This document shows positions 14,297 to 26,959 of a stretch of 64,000 nt of DNA, in pieces. The notes beneath the pieces are model-generated. The model saw nothing but the letters and a program-made list of their open reading frames with translations. It was not told the origin of the DNA and ran no database searches. Source of the stretch: Podarcis melisellensis (Eukaryota); NCBI GenBank assembly GCA_964234715.1, contig OZ174276.1, one strand, 5' to 3'. The translations under genes and the position numbers were made by a program. Every line of letters starts with the position of its first letter. Position 1 is the stretch's first letter.

Positions 14297-14719
14297 ATCA
14301 TAGTTAATGAATGACAATCAGAGCAATCAGGATAATTCTGATTTTGTTAACACAGAGTTGAGGGGAATCACATTTCCTAGCAGCAAAATGTTTCAATTTG
14401 GGTTCTGGGAAAATATATTGTTTCTCAAAACCAGAAATGCTTCCTGGAAGAATGACATCTGCAACAAATGACTAAGAGCTGTTCATTTATTAGATTTAAA
14501 TGGATTGCGTGAAAGGTCCTGTCCGTCTTGCTTTACTGTCATGAACTTGGCAAGAAGGAATTTTTAATTAAATGCATCATGCAATGATACTTCTTTCATG
14601 TTAATTTGCAAGGGTGCCAGATTTTTGTTTCTAAACTTGATAACTTTGCTTACATTCTTTGACATCTGAGTATTGAGAGATAGGGTGGGGTGCAAGCTTA
14701 AAAATAAATTACCGGTACT

Positions 14720-15015
14720 TCAGAAGGTCAGCCGTTCGAATCCCCATGATGGGGTGGGTGAGCTCCCATTGCTTGGTCCCTGCTCCTGCCAACCTAGCAG
14801 TTCGAAAGCACATCAAAGTACAAGTAGATAAATAGGTACCGCTCCGGCGGGAAGGTAAACAGCGTTTCTGGTTCACCAGAAGTGGCTTAGTCATGTTGGC
14901 CATATGACCTGGAAGCTGTACGCCGGCTCCCTCGGCCAATAAAGCGAGATGAGTGCCGCAACCCCAGAGTCAGTCACGACTGGACCTAATGGTCAGGGGT
15001 CCCTTTACCTTTTTA
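14720..15015 (+). mobile_element. Sauria-type SINE, 5' truncated
   Basis: B-box-like GTTCGAATCC. Diagnostic body 'cctgccaacctagcagttcgaaagcac..gtagataaataggtacc..gggaaggtaaac'. Tail CCTTTACCTTT. Confidence 0.85.
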
Positions 15016-15287
15016 CTTGCTTATGACTCCTGAGTTTAGGAGCCCTTCCCTTCTTAATTTTTAAAATTATTATTAAAGTGAGGGATAACACTTTTTTTAC
15101 TTGCTAAATTGTGACTATTGTGTTGTAGGTGTTTTTTTTTTCAAATTTTGAGGGTTTTATGTCCCTTCATGATGTCCAAGTTAATTATAGCCCAGGATTT
15201 CTGCAAGCCTGTGTGATAAACTGGGTTGTGCTCATAAAAGTCTCTTTTAATGTCATCTAATGGAATTTGTTTTCTCTTCTTTTGTAG

Positions 15288-18200
15288 GAATCCAGTAAGC
15301 CTTATCCACCAGACCTGTCTCGTAGCCCTCAAAGCTTGAGTGACACTGGCTACTCATCTGATGGCATATCCAGTTCCCAGAGTGAGATCACGGGCTTAGT
15401 GCAGCAAGAAGGAGAACAACTAAATGAAACCGGAATTGTAGAGCCGAGCCCTCCAAGTCCTTCGGAACTCACTAAGCTGGAAAGCAGTATGCGGCCCCTC
15501 CTGGAGTCCAAGGGGCTGGCTCAGGAGCCAACAGACAGAGGTAAAACATACCACGAATTACGAGAGGAACAGAGGGAAAGGCAGAGGCCACGGTCCCTTT
15601 CTATCACCCCGGAAGCCTTTGATTCTGATGAGGAGCTAGAAGATATAATGGAAGAAGATGAAGACTCTCTAGAATGGGAGAACCAGAAGGAGCAGAGGGA
15701 CAGCATGGAATCCTCAGATGACTTCGGCAGCAAGCTACGCCACGACTACGTGGAGGACAGCAGCGAAGGAGAGTTCTCCATCGTACCAACAAGGCAGAAA
15801 AGCAAAGAACCTGCAATGACTGACGAAGAGTTCATGAGAAGGCAGCTCCTGGAGATGAGCGCAGAGGAAGATAACCTGGAGGAGGAGGAAGAATACGATC
15901 GTGTAAAATATAGTGTTGCAAAAAACGGGCACAAGCCTGACTCGGAGAAAAGCAGGGAGGCCGCCTTATCCAAGAGGCGCCTGCCTCACAGCTCTGGCAG
16001 CATATATGAGGAGGAAAGAAAAGAGCTGGAAAGTACTGAGGGGGAAGACATGGCTGCATCTCAGGGAGGTTTGCGGCGTTTCAAAACCATTGAGTTAAAC
16101 AGCACTAACAACTATGGCAGAGACATGGAGATCAGCCAAGAGGCAGACATCAGCCTGGACAGAGAACCTGAACTGGAGATGGAAAGCCTGACGGGATCCC
16201 CAGAAGACAGGTCAAGAGGCGAATATTCTTCCACCTTGCCAGCAACAACACCCAGTTACACATCAGGAACCTCCCCCACCTCCATCTCTTCCCTGGAGGA
16301 GGACAGCGATAGCAGCCCTAGTCGCAGGCAGAGGCTGGAGGAGGTCAAGCAGCAGAGGAAAGCCCGGCATCGCTCCCACGGACCTCTGCTGCCAACCATA
16401 GAAGATTCCTCCGAGGAAGAAGAGCTGCGGGAGGAAGAGGAGCTCTTGCGAGAACAGGAAAAAATGCGAGAGGTAGAACAGCAGCGCATCCGAAGCACGG
16501 CTCGGAAAACAAAGAGAGATAAAGAAGAGCTGAGGGCACAGAGGAGGAGGGAAAGGTCTAAAACGCCACCCAGCAATCTGTCTCCCATTGAAGATGCATC
16601 ACCCACCGAGGAACTGCGTCAGGCTGCAGAGATGGAGGAACTGCACAGATCTTCCTGTTCGGAATATTCTCCTTCCATTGACTCCGAGGCAGAGGGGTTT
16701 GATGTCATTGCCTCCAAGCTGTACAAGTCTGGCAGTGAGTACAACCTCCCAACATTTATGTCCCTCTACTCTCCAACAGAAAAAACTGCTGGCTCTGGTT
16801 ACCCCTCCAACAAGCCCCTGAAAAGTGCGGAAGAAGCTTATGAAGAGATGATGAGGAAGGCAGAAATGTTTCAAAAGCAGCAACCATCCCAGCAAAGCGT
16901 TTCCTACAGCAACACCTTCCAGCAAGTAGGCTATCGTGGTTCAGAAGGCCAAAACAATTTCGAATACCAATACATAGACGACTACAGCTATGACGGCCGG
17001 AATTTAGACTCCTCTCAAGCAGACTATCAGAACGAACTTTCCAAATCTGGGGCAGTTTATGAAGAAATCCTTCAGACGTCACAGAATATCTCCAGGATGC
17101 ATCAATCCTCTTCTCTGGATTTGACCCTTGAACAGGACGTAAAGAAGAAAGGGAGAGAAGATGCTTATCAAGAAAAGCAGTTTCTGAATGCAGAGAGTGC
17201 TTATGAAAGTGGCCCACTCACTCCTGGGACAAGCCCAACCCAGTTGTCTGCTCCTGTCTCCTTTTCCTCCACTGAAAGCAGCGCAGGCAGAATAATCCCT
17301 GATGTTCGAGTCACTCAACATTTCGCAAAGGAGAGTCAGGAGCAGCCAAAGCTTCATAGCTCACCCACAGCACCTAGCTCAGTTTCAAAGAGCGTAACAA
17401 CGCCCTACACGTATGCTAAAGGAACTAGCACCGTCACCACTGTTGTTTCCAGTCCTGCAAGTGCACCACGAATCTACAGCTCTCCGACTTCTCTGAGTGG
17501 CTCAGATGCACCATCCGTGTCCACTACTAGCCGAAGTTATACTCAAACAAAAGTAACAGCAAGCTATGGTTGTCAAACAGAAAATATTTCCAGGGTCAGG
17601 AGCGTTGCAGAGATTAGTGGGCCATCAGCAAGAGAGAAACTCCAAAGCATGACTGACAAGTCCACTGGACCCATGTCAACACCTAAAACATATTCCTACT
17701 TCAAAAGCTCAAGCCCACCGCTTTCCCCTTCTTCTCCTACTCAGAGCCCCACTCATTCTGTTCCTAGAGCTGGGGTACCACCCAGTTCAGGGATGGGGGT
17801 TAAATCAACTGCAGAGTTTTCCACCCAAACCCATAGCCCGGTTCTCGCCTACGATGCCCCCACGACTACCGCTATGTCAACCTCTTCTCCAATGGTAGCT
17901 CAAGGAACACAAACTCCCTACCGATCGGGTTCCCCTCGCCTTGCTCGGCAACAATCATCACAAGAATCTCCCTTTATGGTCATCACATTAGCAGCAGATG
18001 CAGCCATTCAGACCAAGCCGATTGGCGTAAGTTCCTCCATTTCACCAGCCTCCTCTCCAACTCGGCAAGGCCGCCAGCATAGCTACAGTCAGACAGTAAT
18101 CCATGCAGCGCAACTCCAACAAGAGCAGCTGCAGTCCACTTACACGAAGACCCAATCAGCTCTCGAAAGAGCCTCTGCTCCTAGTGCTGCAATGCAGAAA

Positions 18201-21200
18201 GTGCAAACAACTGCTGCTGACAGCATGCCTGGTGTGTATAGCTGGGGAACGCTGCCTGCAGAGAACATTTCTTTGTGTCGAATATCATCAATACCTGGGA
18301 CATCAAGAGTAGAACCTGGACCCAGACCAGTTGGTAGTAATATTGTGGACCTGCGGACTGCAATAAAGTCAGCTCCAATCATTATAACAGACCAAGGGAT
18401 GGATCTCACATCCCTAGCTACAGAGAGCAGAAAATACTGCCTCACTATGGACCAGTCACCGAGTCGGCAGTCCAGCACCATCCAACCCTTAATTATCAAC
18501 CTTAATGCCCAGGAACAGCCCCATGCTATCATAAGCACAGCCACCACAGTCAGCATCACTGTTGCATCTTCCATGCTTGTGTCTCAGCCAAAACATCCTG
18601 CGGTCTATGGAGACCCTTTCCAGAACAGAGTGGACTTTGGTCAAGGGACGGGGAGTCCTGTCTGCTTGACACACATTAAGCAGGTAGAACAAGCAGTTCA
18701 GACTGGTACTTTCAGAGGAGTTGGTAGCGGCACTGGAATTTCTGCTTCTGCGGGCCGTCCAGAAGCCGCAGGTCCACAGCAAGCGAAATTTGCAAGATAC
18801 AATTTGCCCAACCAGATGACATCCTTGATGAAAAAAGATGCCCTGATCAGTCAGACCAACAATGCACAGAATATTGTGAGTGCCATTCCCAGACCGTTTC
18901 CTCAGGACCAAAGTTCAGAGGTGTATAGAGGGATCCCAGTGGAACTGAAAACCCAGACACCCCCAGTCACCATTGGGACTAAGAAATCCCAGGTTATGAT
19001 GGTGCAGATGGATGATATTGCAGCAGGCCCTGTCACCAAACTTATCAAAGAGGAACCTCCTCCCAATGCCTTGGATCTCACAGGGATGAAGCCTGAAAGT
19101 CAAATAGCATGCTGTGACGTAGTGTACAAATTTCCCTTTGGAGGCAGCTGCACTGGGGCTTTTAACCCTTCTTCCAAGGTGCCAGAGAAAAATGTTGGGG
19201 ATGCAGCAAGCGCTGACAAACTTAGTGGCCAGTACTATGGCGGCAGAGAACAGGAAGTGGCAGAGGCATATCCTTATCGAGAACAAGCAGCACCAGGGCC
19301 TAATCCGTACGAGGAGCACAGATTCTACCATCATGGCCTGTTTGGGAGACTGTATTCCTCAATGTCAGATACAAACCTTTCTGAAATGGGCTTGAACTAT
19401 TACCCAGTTAAGGGAGGGCAGCCCTTCAACACTCCTGCTGGGGATTCCGCTGTGGATCTGACAACCATGAAACCTCCGTACAGCCACAGCTTCACCGAGG
19501 GAGGCTACATGGGGCACGGAATGCAGTACGGCTCTTTCTCTGACCTCAGGCAGCCCAGTGACTTGCTGAGCCATTCCTACCCAATGCGGAGATATAGCTC
19601 GGCCTCCAATATCTACTCTGACTACAGGTATTCGCTGAGAGGGGACCTGGCAAATTTCCAGGAAGCCAGCCTGGCTCATTATAGCGCCACAACAGCTCGC
19701 GAAATCAGCCGAATGTGTGCAGCACTCAACTCTATGGACCAGTACGGTGGTCGGCATACAAACAGCTCAGATCTTCTCCAATATGGACAGTATGGGCCAG
19801 GAGGGGGCGGAAGCATCTCGGCCCAGCAGGGTGCCATGAAATCAAACATGATGTACAAGCCAAATTTCCCAGAGTCTGGCCAAGGCTATGGAAACCTAGC
19901 CCAGTACAACCTCTCCAGATTTGGAGCTGTCAGACAGGGACACCCTTCCACAGCCACCGTACGAGCTGCTGATGGCATGATTTATTCAACCATCAACACA
20001 CCAATCGCATCAACTCTCCCCATCACTACCCAGCCAGCTTCTGTGCTGCGCCCCATGCTCCGAGGCCTATATAGACCCTATGCCCCAGGCAGTATCACAG
20101 CGGTCCCTCTGGCCAGCTTGACCAGAGTGCCTCTAGTTGCTCCCAGGATCCCCCTTGCATCCCAAGGTCTGTATCGTTATCCAGTGCCCAGCAGACTCCC
20201 AGCGGCTCCCACATCTTCAGTAATGGAAACACCAATGTATTTGGGGAAGCCTGTTAGCACCACTGCAGCCAGCACTGCTGCCAGTAGCGTAAGCCCAGCA
20301 CCAGTTTCCAAGCCCTCGGCTCCGACTGCTGTCCCCTTGCAAAGGCCTGAGCAGAAAGGCAGAGAGGAGGCTGCTGCAGTGACTTCTGGGGTGCAGAGTA
20401 CTGTCAGGGATGCCAGCCAAGGACAGCAGCAGCAACAGCAGCAGCAGCAGCCACCGCCACCACCGCCTCCACCACCACCACCACCACCACCAACCCAGAA
20501 ACAAGCCGAAGCTACCCAGCCCAGCATTGCCAGCAAAGCAGCCACAGAAAGGGAAGAAAAGGAGAAGGAGGAAGAGAGGCAGAGGAAGCAGCAGGAGCAC
20601 ATCCTCCAGATTGAAAGGGAGAGAGTCGAGCTGGAGAAACTGAGGCAGATGAGGCTGCATGAGGAGCTGGAGCGGGAGCGAGTGGAGTTGCAGAGGCACA
20701 GAGAGAAGGAGCAGCTGCTGATGCACAGGGAGATCCAGGAGCTGCAGTCCATAAAGCACCAGGTCCTGCAACAGCAGCAGGAGGAGCGCCAAGTCCAGTT
20801 TGTGCTGCAGCGGGAGCAGCTGGCCCAGCAGCGCTTGCAGCTGGAGCAGATCCAGCAATTGCAGCAGCAGCTGCAGCACCAACTGGAGGAGCAGAAGAGG
20901 CAGAAGAGCAGCTTCCCTCCCGTCTGTGACCCTTCGGGGAGGCTCCCTCCCCAGGCCGCGTCAGAGATCACCATCGAAATGCAGCGGACCCTTGCTCAAA
21001 ATGGGCAATACTGGCCACCCATGAACCAAGCATTTATAGCTACTGCGGCCCCAGGACAAGACGGGCAAGGGCAGCCTCGCTACCCTGGACTCCAGAGGCC
21101 TCTCACCAACTCAGCCTCTGAAATGTCCCTGCAGACGGAAGACCAGTGGGAAGCCGGTCGGGGGATCAAGAAGAGGAACTCCATGCCGCGTCTCCGGGAT

Positions 21201-22145
21201 GCTTATGACAAGGAGCCAGGCCATGAGCCATATGTTGCCGTGAAGAAGATCACAGACAGCAGTGTGCAGACGGATGAGGAAGATGGGGAGGAACGTTTCT
21301 ATGCATCCCGCCGCCGGCGGACCCGGCGCAGCACCGACTGCAGTGTGCAGACGGACGAGGAAGACAACGGCGAGTGGGAGCAGCCCGTGCGGCGCCGGCG
21401 CTCCCGCTTTTCGCGGCACTCAGACTCCAACGCAGAAAGCAAGCCAGACTCTTCGGCCAAAGGCACTGCTAGCATAGCGATCCAGACCATCAGTGACTGC
21501 TCTGTTCAAACCGAACCTGACCAGCTCCACCGAGTGTCCCCTTCCATCCACATCACCACCCCTGACCCCAAGGTGGAGATTGTGAAATACATCTCTGCCC
21601 CCGAGAAGACCCAGCGAGGAGAGAGCCTGGCTTGCCAGACGGAGCCGGAAGCGCAGCCACAGCCAGGCATCGTGATCCCCCAGCTCACTGTGCCTACGAC
21701 GATTACGCCTTACTCCTCCAACATCCAGATCGTAAGCACAGGCCCCCTGGATCCCCATTCGGTCCGACAGCAGGCCTTGGGGAAGAAGAAGCCCGACCCA
21801 CTTGAAATTGGCTACCAGTCCCACCTGCCGACAGATTCCTTGTCTCAGCTGGTGTCCCGTCAGCCTCCCAAGTCCCCCCAAGTACTCTACTCCCCAGTCT
21901 CGCCCCTGTCCCCACATCGGCTGCTAGAGTCTTCCTTCACAACCAGCGAGAGGCTCAACAAGGCCCACGTGACCCCGCAGAAGCACTTCACAGCCGACAC
22001 CACCCAGCGCCAGCAGACCCTACCTCGCCCCATCAAAACCATGCAGCGGTCCTTATCTGACCCCAAGCCCATCAGCCCAACATCAGAGGAGTCTGCAAAA
22101 GACAGGTTCTCCTTGTATCAGCACGCGTTGCTTCCTGGTAGCCAG
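15288..22145 (+). CDS. BSN: Bassoon giant coding exon 5 (6858 bp, 2286 codons; coiled coils CC1 and CC2, LC8- and CtBP-type motifs)
   Basis: Acceptor ttttgtag|GAA and donor CAG|gtaaga, phase 0/0. Bassoon hallmarks DLSRSPQSLSDTGYSSDGISSSQSEITG, GGLRRFKTIELN, RHRSHGPLLPTIEDSSEEEELREEEELLREQE, KKKPDPLEIGYQ. Confidence 0.98.
20424..20492 (+). repeat. Coding (CAG/CAA)9-(CCN)14 trinucleotide tract, giving Q9P14
   Basis: Read directly from the sequence inside BSN exon 5. Confidence 0.95.
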
Positions 22146-22540
22146 GTAAGATTGCCGCTTGTCTGATAAGTAAGAGAAGTCTGATGATATTTCTGCTTTT
22201 CTTTTTAAAGGCCCCCGCTTATCACGTAATCACTGTATGCAGCAGGAATGAAGGAGAGCTGCTTTAAAGTCCCTGTGAAGATAAGACACAACAGGCTTAT
22301 TGGTCACAGCAGGTCCCTCACTCTCCATGTAAAGCTTGTTTTGCAACTTTCTTCACAGACATGCAAGTCAAATGCATAATGCTCTTAATCATGCTCCTCT
22401 CCTTCAAGCAGAGTGCCCCCACTTTTAAACCCAAAAATTGCTAAAATAAAATAAAACCATGAAGACACTGAAAATAATTATAAAATTACTTTAAGGATTG
22501 GTGAGGTAGTGGACATTGACCAGTAAGTACCCACTGCAGC

Positions 22541-22719
22541 CAGGGGCATAGGAAGGGGGGCGGTCCGCCCCGGATGTCATCCCTGACAGGGGTATCAAAA
22601 TCCCCCCTGGGCAGATCACCACCAGGGCAATCGCCCCCCCTGGGCAGATCGCTGCCATGCCAATCGCCCCTGGGTGCATGGCATGGGTCTGGGTCCCCAA
22701 GCGACTAGCTCTGCCGCTG
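22541..22719. mobile_element. GC-rich hAT-type MITE with internal ~33-bp tandem repeat
   Basis: Ends CAGGGGCATAG / CTCTGCCGCTG. Perfect 8-bp TSD ACTGCAGC at 22533-22540 and 22720-22727. Internal 'cccccctgggcagatc' occurs twice. Confidence 0.85.
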
Positions 22720-24329
22720 ACTGCAGCCTGCTTTCACTTGACATGCTGAAAATTTCCAGAACCACTTTTTCAGAGTTCATTTCAAGACATTGAAAGGTAT
22801 ATGCATTTTCTATACAGCAAAGGCACTTCCAAACCACCTTCACTATACTTAAAATGATTCCTCTGTCTTAACCTTTAAGAAATGTATTCCCTCTTACTGG
22901 ATGTTAATGTGTGGTTTGTACTGTGTATAAGGCATGAATATATATACAAAGTCCAGGCTATCTGAAAAACTGTATTCCCTCATACGAACCTTCCAGGTTC
23001 TGAGATCTTTAGGTGAGGCCCTTCTCTTGGTCCTGCCACCCTCACAGTTATGCTTGGTGGGTATGCGAGAGAGGGCCTTGGGTAATCCATCCCTGGAGAA
23101 GTTATTATGCCTCCCTCCATGTTGTCCTTCCACTGGCAAGTGAATACCTTCTTATTCCAACAGGCTTTTGGGGACTGTCAGTTTTTAATGAAAGGGCAGG
23201 TGCTGTTTTTATTATAATTAGCTGTATGTTTTTAATAGATCTCTGATAGATGGATGGGTAGATAGATATTTAGTTTCATTAATGTTTAATTGGTTTTAAA
23301 TTATTGTATTTTTTTCTATGCTTTTGGCTATTCTTATTTTGTCCGTATTGACTCCCTGTCAGGGAAATAGACAGAGTATGAATACATTTATTATTATTAT
23401 AATACCCCACAGCGTGAAAGAATCCACTGCTACTCCTTATGTTCCCAGTATGGTATCAGATACTAGAACATCTTCAGGCAATCTACAGACATCTTAAAGA
23501 GGGGACCATCACATCTCACTCATACAACATGGCAGATTGGCATCCTGGTCTTCAGGAGCAAAGTCTAGCTTTGAATTGCACAGCATCCTTACTGAATTTG
23601 TGCAAGAAATACATAATGAACTCCATTCCTAACATATTTTGTATATAAAGTCTTGTGCTTTTATTATACTTCTCAGCTGTTCCTACCTACCAACTGCAGC
23701 AGTTCTTCTCATATAGGATTGCATTATGTCTACCCTCTTACAGCAGTCTCTTTTGCTTCATCTTTAATATATATACTCTGTGGTGTGGTTCAGTATCAGC
23801 AAGATACTGAACACACCCAAGTCCAAAATAGCAAGTGCTCCCTTTTCTGCATCCTAAAAACCCATGCAAGCGGAGAAGCTGTGTGTTCTCTCTTGTGCCA
23901 TCTAGTGGCAATAAAGAAAAATAGCATTTTGTGCTTTGGGAAAAACATGTTGTTAGCTGCTAAGGAACTCCTACGTGGCATCTCAGAGGAACTTTCCCTT
24001 CATTAGTACATATGAAAACAAGACATCCATGTGGGAATTGTCATGAGATCTTTTGCTTTAGTACCTGCCAGGACAGCTGCGCAAGGGGAAATCGTATCCC
24101 ATTCCCTAAAATGTCCATCAATTCACCTTCGTCAGTCATATCCTTTTCTACACAGACATAAGAAATCTATATTTTGGAAAGCTGATAAATTGCAATGGAA
24201 AGGTGCTTCCAGACATTGGAGGGAGGGTGTTAATCTAGGAAGCATTCTAATTTTCTGGCTCTAGCAGGCTGTGCATCTGTATTCTTGCTCTGTCAAGCTC
24301 TTGTGGTAGGCAACACAGGTTTTTCAGAT

Positions 24330-25000
24330 AGTCTTAACATTGCAGTTTGCAGCTGTGAGAAACCAGTACAAGTGCTAATAAAAGTTTTCTATTGCAAAGT
24401 GGTCCCAGTCAATAAACCTGCTGTTATGTTTTGAACTAATTGCAGTTTTTAAACGACCTTCAAGTGCAGTCCCCAGTACAGCACATTGCAGTAGTTTTAA
24501 AAAAGACCGTGCCAAAATCAAGAACAACTATTTCTGGCTTAGCTTTGTGTCACTGAGACCACTTGGGCCACTATGGATAAGACTAAATCTAATAGCATCC
24601 CCAGCCTACAGGCCTGATTCTTAAGGGGGAGTGCAACCGCATCCAGAACAGGCAACATAGCACCTCCCATGGCAGACAGACTAGAATACTGTACATACCA
24701 CACCCCCAATTTATGGGTGACTTCCCTCAGATGTTAACAGCACGGGGACAGAATGGAACCTGGCAGAACACCAGAGACAGAGCTGCGGTCCCCAGCACCA
24801 CCTTCTGAAATACTATGGAAAAAAGTCCCCCCAATCTTGACTTCAGACAGCCTTTCCAGAAACATACCATGATTGATTATATTGATAGCTGCTGAGAGGC
24901 CCAGGAAAATTGACAGGGTTTTGCAGTATCCCAACCCTACACCCAGCAGAGGTCATTCCTCAGGACAACCAATGCTATTTCAATGACAAAACCAGGTCAG
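24330..25000 (-). mobile_element. Degraded L2-like LINE fragment
   Basis: Antisense L2-like motifs ('gcagtccccagtacagcacattgcagtagt', 'gggggagtgcaaccgcatccagaacagg'). Resemblance only. Confidence 0.35.
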
Positions 25001-26959
25001 AAAAAGGATTCGGGTGGGTCCAAAGAATTTGTGTCATCCAAGAATGTCTGCAGTTGCACTTAAGCAGCTTTCCCCTAATGGGAATGTTTGTGACCAGCTA
25101 ACGGGGGGGGGGGAGTCTTGTGGAGACCATGTGACCATTGTCTTCAAGGTAATCAGGATTGCACACACACCCCTCTTTTCATGGAACATTTATCACTTCC
25201 TGGAGCCAACTGGTCAAACCCTCTCCTGCTTGATATAGTAAGCAAGATGGTCATATCTAACGGGTAACTGGCTCTGGTCCTTGTCTCAGCAATTGAAAGT
25301 CATTTCATAAAAAAGGAATAGATGGCACTCTGGATGTATTCATTGCAGATCTACAAGAATGCAGAGTGCAGGTTGACACAGATGCAAGCAATTTTATCCT
25401 CAGAGTACTTAGTAGATGAGTGATAACAGACATCCAAGGACTTATCCCATCAACTTATGTCCCAGTGCCTCCATTTTCTCCCTCTCCTGCATGCTTTAGA
25501 CTCAGACAGTGTCATTTTGAAACACCAGCTGTATTTACTTGGCTTTTTGTGTCTAAGTTTGAGTGTTGCATATATCTGAGCAGACACTCAACAGGTCAAA
25601 GAGATATTAGTTGGGGACTTTTGGCCTGTGAATCTAATTAGGCCTGCCAGACCATTTTGGCCAAGCCATGCCCACCTGCCCAGCACCTGATGTCATATAT
25701 ATCGCATCAGGTGTGGGGCAGATAAAAGCGCAGTGGGGGTTTGCAAGGCACATTTGAAGCACCAGCTGTTAGGTGGTTGTTGGGGCTTCAAATCACCACC
25801 TAGGGATCTCTACAAGCATCGACAATCAACTGGTTGAGGGTGCCTGAAGTGCACAGCCAACAATCAGCTGATTGTTGGGAATCCAAAGCACATCTCTTAC
25901 AAGCAGCAGGGATTGGCTGCACTAGGGAAGTCCCTATTGGGAAATCCATAGTGCAGTTGAGGAGGCTAGAGGAAACAGCTTGGATTCAAAATGCTTTTTG
26001 TGCAAAAAGCACAAAAAAATGAGGATTTATCCCTCTGCAAAGAAAGTGGTTTGGATTCAGAGTCCTTCATCCAGCTCTTTGAATCCACTTTATTTCTTCT
26101 GGAGAGAGAGAAATGTGAAGCTTTCAATCTTTCTCTTTCTCTCTCCAGAAGAAACAGCTTGATAAACTTAGGGCTTACATGCTAAAATCCCATGTAGGGA
26201 TTTTGTAGCGTTTGAAGTGCCCTGCAATAGTCATGAAAAGCATTTGACAGTTACACTTCTGGAATGACAACTCTCCAGAATAGGCTTGCATATATGTCAG
26301 CCATGAGTTGTATTTGGATTTTTAAGGTGTTTTCTTGCCTGACTTGAAGATACTGCCTCAGTGTGTGAACTGATCATGATGCTCTTGGGCAAATTCTACT
26401 GATGAAACGAGTGCTGTTTACATTTTTGATGCAGCATAACGTGTTAATATATTCCTCCCTTGTCAGTCTTTGGGAGGTGTCCCTCAGTGCAACTGGAGGA
26501 TTGCCTAAAGCAATGATATCAAAGTTTTGCCATTATTTCTCCATGTCTACTCTGCACACCTCTCTGCATATCCAGTATTCCATGCTGTAGAATAACCTGT
26601 TCTGCAGGAGAATTTCCCCAGCAGGTAGACTTGGACATTTCCATTTGATTAACGTTCCAACAATGAATATTTTAAAAGGCTGGACTTGGATTACAGCCTT
26701 GGTGTGTGCACATACACAGTCATTTACAGATGCACTCTCAGTTCATCTCCCTGTACACAGTGCTAATTTCTTCAGTTTCTTGATTAACAGGCTGGAGCCC
26801 AGGTTGACAAAAAGCCCTCATTCCCTGAACACCCTTTCTCCAGTCCACTTAGCAAAAGATGGAGCCCTCCTGGGTGACAAAAAAATAGCTGAAGGCTGTA
26901 TTACATAACGGTTGCTTAAATTTTGGCATTTCCCTAAAACACTAGCACTAATTGCAGCA

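Noticed and set aside
20177-20974. 265-aa and 221-aa minus-strand ORFs (and other antisense ORFs over BSN exons)
   Set aside because: Shadow frames of the CAG/CCA-rich BSN coding strand, low complexity, with no independent gene signals.
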